From positions 1-59,688 of the forward strand of contig JAFQMP010000063.1 of assembly GCA_017396225.1 (NCBI GenBank): 59,688 nucleotides of DNA. Direction: 5' to 3'. Source of the stretch: Clostridia bacterium. GTDB taxonomy: Bacteria > Bacillota > Clostridia > Oscillospirales > CAG-272. Below are positions 9,611 to 18,496 of this stretch, in pieces. The translations under genes and the position numbers were made by a program. The notes under the pieces were generated by a model. It did no database searches. It worked only from the letters and a program-made list of their open reading frames with translations, and was not told the origin of the DNA. Position 1 is the stretch's first letter, and each line of letters starts with the position of its first letter.

Positions 9611-11149
9611 ATGAAAGACGCCCCCAAAAGCAAGCTTGTTTACATTCCGCTGCGCTATATTTTTGCCATTATACTTACCGTCTTAGAGGCGGCCGCCATC
9701 ATTGGTATCGTCGTCGCACTTTGCTGCTATATCCCTTATTTTTACATTATGATGTGGGGAATCAATTTAATCTGTGTCATTCGCATCGTCGCATCAGATG
9801 ACAATCCGGATTATAAGGTCCCCTGGCTCATACTTGTCCTCCTTCTACCCGTCATCGGTCTGATGCTCTATTTCATCTTCGGCTCACGCAAGCTCACAAG
9901 AGCACAGCAAAAAAATCTTGGCAAGCTCCGACAGCTCCACTACAAAAAAGATGACAGCGCCTCACTTGCCACACTGAAGGCCCTCAACCGCCACGCACAC
10001 AACGAGGCGAAAATGCTTTGCAAAATTGCCGATACCGCCCTCTTCACGGACACCGAAACAACCTATTATCCCACCGGTGAAGCACTTATGGCGGCGATGC
10101 TTGCTGACCTCACGCAGGCAAAGCGATTTATCTATATGGAATATTTCATCATTGCGGACGGCGTGCTCTGGCAGGCAATATTAGATATTCTGAAGGAGAA
10201 GGCAGCGGCAGGAGTAGATGTGCGCGTGGTCTTTGATGATATCGGCTGTATGACAACCCTGAAAGGAAACTATGCCAAAATTCTGCAAAAACACGGCATC
10301 GCGGCAATCCCCTTCAACCGTCTGCGCGGCAGCGCAGACAGCCGCTTTAACAACCGCTCGCACCGTAAAATTACGGTAATTGACGGCGAAATCGGCTACA
10401 CGGGCGGCGCCAATATCGCCGATGAATATATCAATCAGAAAAATCGCTTCGGTCATTGGAAGGACGCAGGGCTCCGATTATCGGGCGAGGCGGTTTATGA
10501 ATTAACGCGCCTGTTTATGGTTGACTATGTTATCAACAAGCGTGCGCTGCCCGATGACATTGATGCGCTCTACCCCGCCCTGCCGCCACGCAAGGCAGAG
10601 GGCTATGTCATTCCGTTCGGCGACGGCCCAAGACCGCTTTACCGCCGCGCAATCGGCAAGCATGTCATTCAAAATATGCTTGCCTCCGCCACACGCTACG
10701 TCTATATGACAACCCCTTACCTCATCATTGACAACGACCTTTGCACCGACATTGAAAATGCCGCATTACGCGGCATTGATGTGCGCATTATCGTGCCGCA
10801 TATTCCCGACAAGCGCCTTGTTTTTGAAATGACGCGCAGCTATTATCCGCGCCTCGCGCGCGCGGGTGTGAAAATATATGAATACACGCCCGGCTTTATT
10901 CACGCCAAATGCTATCTTGCAGACGACACCACAGCCCTGATAGGCACCTTTAATCTTGATTACCGCAGCCTGGTGCACCACTTTGAAAATGGCGTATGGC
11001 TCTACAAAACAGATGCCATTCCTGCACTAAAAGCCGATTTGGAGGCTACACTGCAAATTTCAACCCCCATTCTGGAAGCCGACCTCCACCCCTCGCTCCG
11101 CCAACGCATCTTCCGCGCAATGGTGCGTATTTTTGCACCACTCCTGTAA
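9611..11149 (+). CDS. cls: cardiolipin synthase (PLD superfamily)
   Basis: N-terminal TM helices and two HKD motifs (HRKITVIDGEIGYTGGANI, HAKCYLADDTTALIGTFNLDYRS). Confidence 0.9.
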   Translation: MKDAPKSKLVYIPLRYIFAIILTVLEAAAIIGIVVALCCYIPYFYIMMWGINLICVIRIVASDDNPDYKVPWLILVLLLPVIGLMLYFIFGSRKLTRAQQKNLGKLRQLHYKKDDSASLATLKALNRHAHNEAKMLCKIADTALFTDTETTYYPTGEALMAAMLADLTQAKRFIYMEYFIIADGVLWQAILDILKEKAAAGVDVRVVFDDIGCMTTLKGNYAKILQKHGIAAIPFNRLRGSADSRFNNRSHRKITVIDGEIGYTGGANIADEYINQKNRFGHWKDAGLRLSGEAVYELTRLFMVDYVINKRALPDDIDALYPALPPRKAEGYVIPFGDGPRPLYRRAIGKHVIQNMLASATRYVYMTTPYLIIDNDLCTDIENAALRGIDVRIIVPHIPDKRLVFEMTRSYYPRLARAGVKIYEYTPGFIHAKCYLADDTTALIGTFNLDYRSLVHHFENGVWLYKTDAIPALKADLEATLQISTPILEADLHPSLRQRIFRAMVRIFAPLL

Positions 11150-11163
11150 CGCAAGGAGAAACC

Positions 11164-11826
11164 ATGAGATTTCATCGTCATTTCTTACGGCGCATTACCA
11201 AAAACACGCATTTCCGCGTGCGCTTCACGCTCTATTTTTCCCTGACCGTCAATACCGCCTATTCCCTCTTTCAGTTGGCGCTGGGGCTTTATCTGCACGC
11301 CGCTTGGTTTTATGCGCTTACTCTCTACTATCTCTCCCTCACCCTGATGCGGTTCCTTCTGCTCCGCGACCTCTCCCGCACTGAGGGGCATATCACACCT
11401 CTGCACGCGATGCGGCGTTATCGGTTCTGCGGCATCGTGCTCGCCACGATGACCCCAACACTTTTTGCCATTGTAGGCTTTATCATCTTCAACAAACGCC
11501 CGCTTGCTTTCCACAGCATCTCCACGGTTATCACTGCACTGTATACGCTATGCGCCTTTGCAGTTGCCGTCTATGGCGGCATCAGATACCGCAAGGGCTG
11601 CACGCCCTTGATTTCCGCCGCCAAGGCCGTTTCCTTAACCACCGCATCGGTCTCCCTCCTCTCACTGGAGGCGACGCTTTTATACACATTCTTTCATCGG
11701 GCAAGCCGCCGCATCATACTGGTGGCGTCAGGCACGGCAGTTTGCCTGTTGGTGCTGACGCTCTCTCTGCAAATCATCAGGCAAAGCACAACCGCACTGC
11801 GTGAATACCGCGCCAAGCAAGGCTGA
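11164..11826 (+). CDS. hypothetical polytopic membrane protein
   Basis: 220 aa from ATG 11164 (AAGGAGA RBS); about 6 hydrophobic helices; no family recognised. Confidence 0.55.
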   Translation: MRFHRHFLRRITKNTHFRVRFTLYFSLTVNTAYSLFQLALGLYLHAAWFYALTLYYLSLTLMRFLLLRDLSRTEGHITPLHAMRRYRFCGIVLATMTPTLFAIVGFIIFNKRPLAFHSISTVITALYTLCAFAVAVYGGIRYRKGCTPLISAAKAVSLTTASVSLLSLEATLLYTFFHRASRRIILVASGTAVCLLVLTLSLQIIRQSTTALREYRAKQG

Positions 11827-11835
11827 TGCACAGGA

Positions 11836-11864
11836 TTGACATTTACAAAGAAATATGTTAAAGT
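11836..11864 (+). promoter_or_regulatory. sigma-70-type promoter of trxA-trxB
   Basis: TTGACA (11836-11841), 17-nt spacer ending in TGT, TAAAGT (11859-11864). Confidence 0.45.
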
Positions 11865-11899
11865 AATGTTAGTAATAAACTTCCGAAAGGAGAACTGTT

Positions 11900-12205
11900 A
11901 TGTCTGTTATGAAAATTACCGCTGCCGATTTTGAAAAGGAGGTCCTTGCGTGCGACAAGCCCGTACTGGTTGATTTCTACGCCGATTGGTGCGGCCCCTG
12001 CAAAATGCTTGCTCCCGTACTTGCGCAAATTGCCGAGGAGCACCCCGAATACAAAATCTGCAAGGTCAATGTAGATGAGGAAAGCGACCTCGCCGCCAAG
12101 TTTGGCGTGATGAGCATTCCCACCCTGTTTGTCATCAAAAACGGCGAAATTACCAATCACGCCATGGGTGCAATGCCAAAAGCACGCGTGCTCGACCTTT
12201 TCTGA
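11900..12205 (+). CDS. trxA: thioredoxin
   Basis: 101 aa with the WCGPCK active site. Confidence 0.92.
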   Translation: MSVMKITAADFEKEVLACDKPVLVDFYADWCGPCKMLAPVLAQIAEEHPEYKICKVNVDEESDLAAKFGVMSIPTLFVIKNGEITNHAMGAMPKARVLDLF

Positions 12206-12206
12206 T

Positions 12207-13133
12207 ATGACAAAAGAAATTTTTGATGTCCTCGTTATCGGAGGCGGTCCTGCGGGCTATACCGCCGCGCTTTACGCGGTGCGTGCGGGACTGTCCTGCC
12301 TGGTCCTTGAGCGTATGGCGGCGGGGGGACAGATGTGCGAAACCATGCACATTGATAACTACCCCGGCTTTACCGAAACAATAGACGGCTTCACCCTCGG
12401 TACTGCTATGCAGCAAGGGGCGGAACGCTTTGGTGCCAAAACCGTGTATGATGAGGTCACCGCAGTCAAGCTTGACACACCCGTGAAGGAAATCACCACC
12501 GCGGGTGGGGGCTATTTTGCCCATACCGTCATTGTGGCGACAGGTGCCACCCACCGCCACTTAGGACTCGCGCGCGAGGCAGAACTTGCAGGGCGCGGCG
12601 TTGGCTACTGCGCAACCTGTGACGGCGCCTTTTACCGCGGCAAGTCCGTAGCTGTTGTAGGTGGCGGCAACTCTGCCGTGGCAGATGCACTTTACCTCGC
12701 AGGAATTTGCGAGAAAGTCACCCTGATTCACCGCCGCGACACCCTGCGTGCCTCTCGCATTCATGAAGCACCGCTGCAAAACGCAAAAAACATTGAAATC
12801 CGCTACGACAGCGAGGTCACCGCCCTTCTCGGTGACGGGCACCTTACGGGCGTTACCGTCCGTAACAAAAAAACAGGCGAGACCGAGGACGTCGCACTGG
12901 ACGGATTATTCATCAGCATCGGGCGCACCCCCGTCACCGCACTGTTTCAGGATTGCCTCACCCTTGACGCGAGCGGCTATATCGTGGCGGGCGAGGACAC
13001 CGTAACAAGCCTTTCAGGCATATTTGCTGCAGGCGATGTGCGCACCAAGCCCTTGCGCCAGATTGTAACTGCCACGGCAGATGGCGCCGTTGCCGCCGAG
13101 GCCGCAGCAGCTTATCTTGTAGGAAAACAATAA
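12207..13133 (+). CDS. trxB: thioredoxin-disulfide reductase
   Basis: VIGGGPAGYTAA FAD motif, CATCDG redox-active disulfide, VVGGGNSA NADPH motif; ATG 12207 one nt after the trxA stop. Confidence 0.92.
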   Translation: MTKEIFDVLVIGGGPAGYTAALYAVRAGLSCLVLERMAAGGQMCETMHIDNYPGFTETIDGFTLGTAMQQGAERFGAKTVYDEVTAVKLDTPVKEITTAGGGYFAHTVIVATGATHRHLGLAREAELAGRGVGYCATCDGAFYRGKSVAVVGGGNSAVADALYLAGICEKVTLIHRRDTLRASRIHEAPLQNAKNIEIRYDSEVTALLGDGHLTGVTVRNKKTGETEDVALDGLFISIGRTPVTALFQDCLTLDASGYIVAGEDTVTSLSGIFAAGDVRTKPLRQIVTATADGAVAAEAAAAYLVGKQ

Positions 13134-13138
13134 TCGGC

Positions 13139-13172
13139 AAAAAGGACTTGAGTACGCCTCAAGTCCTTTTTG
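13139..13172. terminator. bidirectional terminator between trxB and the AraC-family gene
   Basis: AAAAA-GGACTTGAG-TACGC-CTCAAGTCC-TTTTT. Confidence 0.75.
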
Positions 13173-14039
13173 CTATTTCACGGCCTCCGCCGTCAGCCTC
13201 CGGCGGTATTCACGCGGAGTCACACCTTTATACCGCTTGAAAATCCGCGAAAAATAGCTCATATCGTTAAAGCCACTGGCAAATGCTGCCTGCGTGATAT
13301 TACTGCCCTCCGTCATCTTCAGGCAGGCGCGCTCCACGCGCAGGCGGTTGATATAATCAATCGGCGTATTGCCCGTGTAGGCCTTGAAAAAGCGGCAAAG
13401 ATATTTTTCACCCGTTCCCGCCAGCTCTGCAAGCATGGCAAGCGTAATGGAATCGGTATAATTCTGCTCTATCCAATCTATCAGAGTAATAATGGTCTCT
13501 TTTCGTGCGCCCACACCGCTCTGCTTTGCAGGGGGACAAATGCGCCCCTCGCGATAGAGCGCATAAACAAGCTCGGCTACCGCCGCATAGACACACAACT
13601 CAAAATAACTATCCCCTGTCATCATTGTGCCAAACAGACGGTCTACCGCTGCCCACAGCATCGGTGTATGCGCCATATCGAGCAGTGCAATCACCGCATC
13701 ACCTGAAAGCAACGGCAGCACGTAATCTGTTATGCGCCCCGCACTTTGACGGCAGAGCATATTCAAATCAAACACAACGCACTCATATATCGCATCATAC
13801 GGTTCTGCGCGATGCAGCACACCGCCACCAATCAGAGCCGCCTGCCCTTCTTTCAGCGTGTGACTTTCATTATTGAGGTAAAGCTGCAGCGTCCCTTGCC
13901 TCACACGCACAATTTCAAACTCACGATGCCAGTGCAGCGTCATTTCATAACGCGGGTGGTCTTCCCCCACATAATAATATTGTGAAGGAAAATCAGGGTC
14001 GCCGTGTCTTTTTTGCTCCTGAAGATGTGCATCTTTCAT
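13173..14039 (-). CDS. AraC-family transcriptional regulator (cupin sensor plus HTH)
   Basis: N-terminal cupin-like HWHREFEIV..., C-terminal AraC HTH (...FASGFNDMSYFSRIFKRYKGVTPREYRR); divergent from fucI; ATG 14039 with GGAGG RBS. Confidence 0.85.
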   Translation of the reverse strand: MKDAHLQEQKRHGDPDFPSQYYYVGEDHPRYEMTLHWHREFEIVRVRQGTLQLYLNNESHTLKEGQAALIGGGVLHRAEPYDAIYECVVFDLNMLCRQSAGRITDYVLPLLSGDAVIALLDMAHTPMLWAAVDRLFGTMMTGDSYFELCVYAAVAELVYALYREGRICPPAKQSGVGARKETIITLIDWIEQNYTDSITLAMLAELAGTGEKYLCRFFKAYTGNTPIDYINRLRVERACLKMTEGSNITQAAFASGFNDMSYFSRIFKRYKGVTPREYRRRLTAEAVK

Positions 14040-14152
14040 ATAAAGCCTCCGCAAGTGAATATCGTCATAGTTTCAGTTGACTATTCTACAAGCATTTTAT
14101 CATAAAATATACTATAATTCAATTAGGTTCATAAAAAAAGGAGGAAATTTTT

Positions 14153-15949
14153 ATGGCTACAAACAGATTGATTGGCGCATACCCCGTCATTGGTATCCGC
14201 CCCACTATTGACGGCAGACGCGGCGTTTTGAAGGTCCGCGAATCGCTTGAAGAGCAGACCATGGGTATGGCGCGCCGTGCCGCAAAGCTTTTTACCGACA
14301 ACCTGCGCTACGCAAACGGTGAGCCCGTTAAGGTTGTCATTGCCGACACCACGATTGGTCGTGTCGGTGAGGCTGCCGCCTGCGCAGACAAATTCCGCCG
14401 CGAGGGTGTCGACATCACCCTGACCGTCACCCCCTGCTGGTGCTACGGCGCGGAAACCATGGATATGGACCCCCACACCATTAAGGGTGTATGGGGCTTC
14501 AACGGCACCGAGCGCCCCGGCGCGGTCTACCTTGCCTCGGTACTTGCCACCCACGCACAGAAGGGTCTGCCTGCCTTTGGCATTTACGGTCACGACGTAC
14601 AGGACCTCAATGACACCGAAATTCCCGCAGACGTAGCGGAAAAGCTCCTGCGCTTCGGTCGTGCGGCAGTTGCCGCTGCCAGCATGCGCGGCAAATCCTA
14701 CCTGCAAATTGGCTCTATCTGCATGGGTATCGGCGGCTCTATCATTAACACCGACTTTATCGAGGACTACCTCGGCATGCGTGTGGAATCGGTTGACGAG
14801 GTGGAAATTATCCGCCGCATGACCGAGGAGATTTACGACAAGGCAGAATACGAGAAGGCACTTGCATGGGCAAAGAAATACTGCATCGAGGGCTTTGACA
14901 AAAACCCTGAGGAGCTGCAGAAAACCCGCGCTGAGAAGGACGCCGATTGGGAATTTGTCGTCAAGATGATGGTTATCATCAAGGATTTGATGAACGGCAA
15001 CCCCAACCTGCCCGCAGGCTGTGAGGAAGAAATGGTTGGGCACAATGCCATTGCCGCAGGCTTCCAGGGTCAGCGCCAGTGGACCGACTTCTACCCCAAC
15101 TGCGACTTCCCCGAATCAATGCTCAACACCTCATTTGACTGGAACGGCGCACGTGAGCCTTACATTCTTGCTACCGAAAATGACGTTCTCAACGGCCTCG
15201 GCATGCTCTTTATGAAGCTGCTCACCGGTCGCGCACAGATGTTTGCAGACGTCCGCACCTATTGGAGTGGCGATGCCGTCAAGCGCGTGACGGGCTACGA
15301 CATTGAGGGCCGCGCCAAGGAGGCGGACGGCTTTATCCACCTTATCAACTCGGGTGCGTGCTGCCTTGATGCCAACGGCGCTGCCAAGGACGAGAACGGC
15401 AATGCTATCATGAAAAAATGGTGGGAGGTTACCGAAGCCGACCAGAAAGCCATTATGGAAAACTCCACCTGGAACTATGCCGACCTCGGCTATTTCCGCG
15501 GCGGCGGCTACTCCTCTCGCTTCCTCACTACGGCAGAAATGCCCGCGACTATGATTCGCCTGAATCTTGTCAAGGGTCTTGGTCCCGTGCTGCAGATTGC
15601 AGAGGGCTACACCATCAACCTGCCTGACGAGGTTTCCGATAAGCTCTGGAAACGCACCGACTACACCTGGCCCTGCACCTGGTTTGCACCGCGCTGCACG
15701 GGTGAGGGCGCCTTTAAGACAGCCTACGACGTGATGAACAACTGGGGTGCCAACCACGGTGCCATTTCCTACGGTCATATCGGTGCAGACCTCATCACCC
15801 TTGCCTCCATGCTCCGTATCCCCGTTTGCATGCACAACGTGCCCGAGGACAAAATCTTCCGTCCCGCCGCATGGAATGCCTTCGGCATGGACAAGGAGGG
15901 ACAGGACTACCGCGCCTGTGCCGCCTTTGGTCCGCTTTTCAAGAAATAA
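14153..15949 (+). CDS. fucI: L-fucose isomerase
   Basis: 598 aa; N-terminus [28 protein letters not shown] matches the FucI signature region. Confidence 0.9.
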   Translation: MATNRLIGAYPVIGIRPTIDGRRGVLKVRESLEEQTMGMARRAAKLFTDNLRYANGEPVKVVIADTTIGRVGEAAACADKFRREGVDITLTVTPCWCYGAETMDMDPHTIKGVWGFNGTERPGAVYLASVLATHAQKGLPAFGIYGHDVQDLNDTEIPADVAEKLLRFGRAAVAAASMRGKSYLQIGSICMGIGGSIINTDFIEDYLGMRVESVDEVEIIRRMTEEIYDKAEYEKALAWAKKYCIEGFDKNPEELQKTRAEKDADWEFVVKMMVIIKDLMNGNPNLPAGCEEEMVGHNAIAAGFQGQRQWTDFYPNCDFPESMLNTSFDWNGAREPYILATENDVLNGLGMLFMKLLTGRAQMFADVRTYWSGDAVKRVTGYDIEGRAKEADGFIHLINSGACCLDANGAAKDENGNAIMKKWWEVTEADQKAIMENSTWNYADLGYFRGGGYSSRFLTTAEMPATMIRLNLVKGLGPVLQIAEGYTINLPDEVSDKLWKRTDYTWPCTWFAPRCTGEGAFKTAYDVMNNWGANHGAISYGHIGADLITLASMLRIPVCMHNVPEDKIFRPAAWNAFGMDKEGQDYRACAAFGPLFKK

Positions 15950-15980
15950 AATCCCACACAAATCACCGTAAAGGGTGTAC

Positions 15981-16009
15981 TTGACGATATAACTTTTATG
16001 GTATATAAT
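15981..16009 (+). promoter_or_regulatory. candidate internal promoter between fucI and the aldolase gene
   Basis: TTGACG (15981-15986), 17-nt spacer, TATAAT (16004-16009). Confidence 0.4.
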
Positions 16010-16046
16010 ATAGTTAATTACTGTTTTTACCATTAGGAGGTATAAT

Positions 16047-16730
16047 ATGAAATATATGGAACTGCGTGAGCAGATGTGTGACATCTGCCATAAGATGTGG
16101 CAGCTTGGCTGGGTTGCAGCCAACGACGGCAACGTATCCGTCAAGCTTCCCGACGGCAATTTTCTTGCAACCCCCACAGGCATCAGCAAGAGCTTCATCA
16201 CCCCCGACAAGCTTGTGATTATCAACGATAAGGGCGAGGTCGTTGAGGGTGAGCCCGGCTACAAGCCGTCGAGCGAGATTAAAATGCACCTGCGCTGCTA
16301 CAAGGAGCGTGAGGACGTGGGCGCCGTGGTGCATGCACACCCCGCAACCGCCACAGGCTTTGCTGTTGCGGGCAAATCGCTTGACCGCTACTCGATGATT
16401 GAAACCGTCATCGCAATCGGCTCTATCCCCCTCACCCCCTACGGTACGCCCAGCACCAACGAGGTGCCCGAGGCAATTGCCCCCTATCTCAAGGAGCATG
16501 ACGTGCTGCTGCTCCAGAACCACGGTGCACTGACCGTAGGCGCTGACCTTATCACCGCCTACTACCGTATGGAAACGCTTGAGCTCTTTGCCAAGATTTC
16601 TCTGGTTGCCGAGCTTTTAGGCGGCGCCAAGGAGATTGACCGCGAGCAGATTGATAAGCTGATGTATCTGCGCGACAACTACTATCACGTAACGGGCAAG
16701 CACCCCGGCTACAAGCACTACAACGATTAA
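16047..16730 (+). CDS. fucA: class II aldolase (L-fuculose-phosphate aldolase-like)
   Basis: 227 aa; GNVSV, TPTG and VVHAHP...LLQNHG motifs of the class II aldolase/adducin family; fucose-cluster context. Confidence 0.8.
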   Translation: MKYMELREQMCDICHKMWQLGWVAANDGNVSVKLPDGNFLATPTGISKSFITPDKLVIINDKGEVVEGEPGYKPSSEIKMHLRCYKEREDVGAVVHAHPATATGFAVAGKSLDRYSMIETVIAIGSIPLTPYGTPSTNEVPEAIAPYLKEHDVLLLQNHGALTVGADLITAYYRMETLELFAKISLVAELLGGAKEIDREQIDKLMYLRDNYYHVTGKHPGYKHYND

Positions 16731-16740
16731 GGAGTCCTTT

Positions 16741-18120
16741 ATGACCTACTGTCTTGCCATTGACATCGGCGCCTCCAGCGGCCGTCACCTTTTGGGGCAT
16801 CTTGAAAACGGGAAACTCGTCACCGAGGAAATCTACCGCTTTGAAAACGGCATGAAGAACGAGGGCAGAACGCTTATTTGGGATATCGAGGGCCTGACCG
16901 CACACGTCATCGCAGGCATTGCAAAATGTCTTGAAATCGGCAAATGCCCTGCCACTGTATCGATTGATACCTGGGGCGTGGACTATGTTCTGCTTGACAG
17001 CGAGGGAAAGGAAATTCTGCCCTGCGTTGCCTACCGCGACAGCCGTACCGAGGGCATTCCCGAGGAGGTATTCACCCTCATTCCGCAGGAGACCCTCTAC
17101 GAAAAAACGGGGATTCAGAAGCAGAATTACAATACCATTTTCCAGCTTTACTGCGACAAGAAAAGCGGCAAGCTTCAGAAAGCTGCAAGCTTTTTGCTGA
17201 TTCCCGAATATCTTGCCTACAAGCTTACGGGTGTCCAAAAGCACGAATACACCATTTGCTCCACCACAGGCCTTTTGAATGCGAAGGACTGCACGTGGGA
17301 TTTTGAGGTGCTTGATGCGCTTGGTCTTGACCGCGCGCTCTTTGGTGAGATTGCCCTGCCTGCTACCGAGGTCGGCAAGCTCGCGCCTGCTGTGCGCGAG
17401 GCGGTTGGCTTTGATACCACCGTGGTGCTCTGCCCTGCACACGATACCGCCGCTGCGGTTGCCGCCTGCCCTGTTGATGAGCACAGCGTCTTTATTTCCT
17501 CCGGCACCTGGAGCCTGGTCGGCACCGAGAACCTTGCTCCCGTCACCACCCCTGCGGCAATGGCTGCCAACCTCGCCAACGAGGGCGGCATTGACTACCG
17601 CTACCGTTTCCTCAAAAACATTATGGGTATGTGGCTCTTCCAGAGCATTCGCCGCGACCTTGAAAAGCGCTACACCTATGACGAAATGATGCACATGGCA
17701 GAGGCAAGCAGCTTTCAGGAAAAGATTGACCCCACCAGTGCCGTTTTCCTCACGCCCGACAATATGATTGAAGCGGTGCGCACAGCCCTCGGCAAGCCTG
17801 AGCTTCCGCTTGGCGACGTGTTGAACGCCGTTTACCACTCGCTTGCCGCAAGCTACGACAAGACAGTAAAGGAGCTTGAGGTCATTGCAGACAAAAAGAT
17901 TGATACCGTTGCCATTGTCGGCGGTGGCTGCAAGGACGATTACCTCAACCGCCTGACCGCTAAATATACGGGCAAGCGCGTTTCGGCCGGTCCTGTCGAA
18001 TGCACCGCAACAGGCAATCTGCTGGCGCAGCTCATCTATCTGGATAAAAGCCTCACCCTCTCCGCCGCACGCGAGATTGTGAAGGCAACCTTCGCGGATA
18101 CGATGAAATACTACAATTAA
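16741..18120 (+). CDS. FGGY-family sugar kinase (rhamnulokinase/L-fuculokinase type)
   Basis: 459 aa; LAIDIGASSGRH N-terminal phosphate loop, rhamnulokinase-like layout; last gene of the fucose cluster. Confidence 0.8.
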   Translation: MTYCLAIDIGASSGRHLLGHLENGKLVTEEIYRFENGMKNEGRTLIWDIEGLTAHVIAGIAKCLEIGKCPATVSIDTWGVDYVLLDSEGKEILPCVAYRDSRTEGIPEEVFTLIPQETLYEKTGIQKQNYNTIFQLYCDKKSGKLQKAASFLLIPEYLAYKLTGVQKHEYTICSTTGLLNAKDCTWDFEVLDALGLDRALFGEIALPATEVGKLAPAVREAVGFDTTVVLCPAHDTAAAVAACPVDEHSVFISSGTWSLVGTENLAPVTTPAAMAANLANEGGIDYRYRFLKNIMGMWLFQSIRRDLEKRYTYDEMMHMAEASSFQEKIDPTSAVFLTPDNMIEAVRTALGKPELPLGDVLNAVYHSLAASYDKTVKELEVIADKKIDTVAIVGGGCKDDYLNRLTAKYTGKRVSAGPVECTATGNLLAQLIYLDKSLTLSAAREIVKATFADTMKYYN

Positions 18121-18127
18121 GCATCAT

Positions 18128-18157
18128 AAAAAAGCACCCCGTTGGGGTGCTTTTTTC
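18128..18157. terminator. bidirectional terminator between the fucose cluster and the glycogen operon
   Basis: AAAAAA-GCACCCC-GTT-GGGGTGC-TTTTTT. Confidence 0.75.
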
Positions 18158-18496
18158 TTATCTGTAATACACATAATGTACGATAACGGTGCGGATTTTG
18201 CCACCATGCTCCAGGTCAGGGGCAGTGATAACGACACCGTCCTTGGACATCAGCTCCGCTGCGTCCATTTCCTCAATTTTACAGCGCATCAGCACGTCAA
18301 AGGAGGCGTAGACCAGCAGCTCATCGTCCTTGATATTCAGTGAGCCCGATTTGCCGATGACCTCATCGACATTGTCAATGCGCTCACTGACATACTTGAC
18401 GTGATAACCGCAGATGCGCCTTGCCATATCCCACTTGTAGCGCTTACTTTTGGGATTTTTGCTTTTCGTCCAATGCTCAAACACTCTCTTAAACAT
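18158..18496 (-). CDS. hypothetical protein, last gene of the glycogen operon
   Basis: 112-aa ORF; its ATG overlaps the TGA of the GH13 gene (TGATG); no family recognised. Confidence 0.6.
   Translation of the reverse strand: MFKRVFEHWTKSKNPKSKRYKWDMARRICGYHVKYVSERIDNVDEVIGKSGSLNIKDDELLVYASFDVLMRCKIEEMDAAELMSKDGVVITAPDLEHGGKIRTVIVHYVYYR

Noticed and set aside
16860-16880. cre-like half-match TGAAAACGGCATGA inside the kinase gene, plus a general scan for CcpA cre sites near the fuc and glg promoters
   Set aside because: It mismatches key cre positions (T at position 10, CA at positions 13-14) and is intragenic. No convincing cre site was found by eye.
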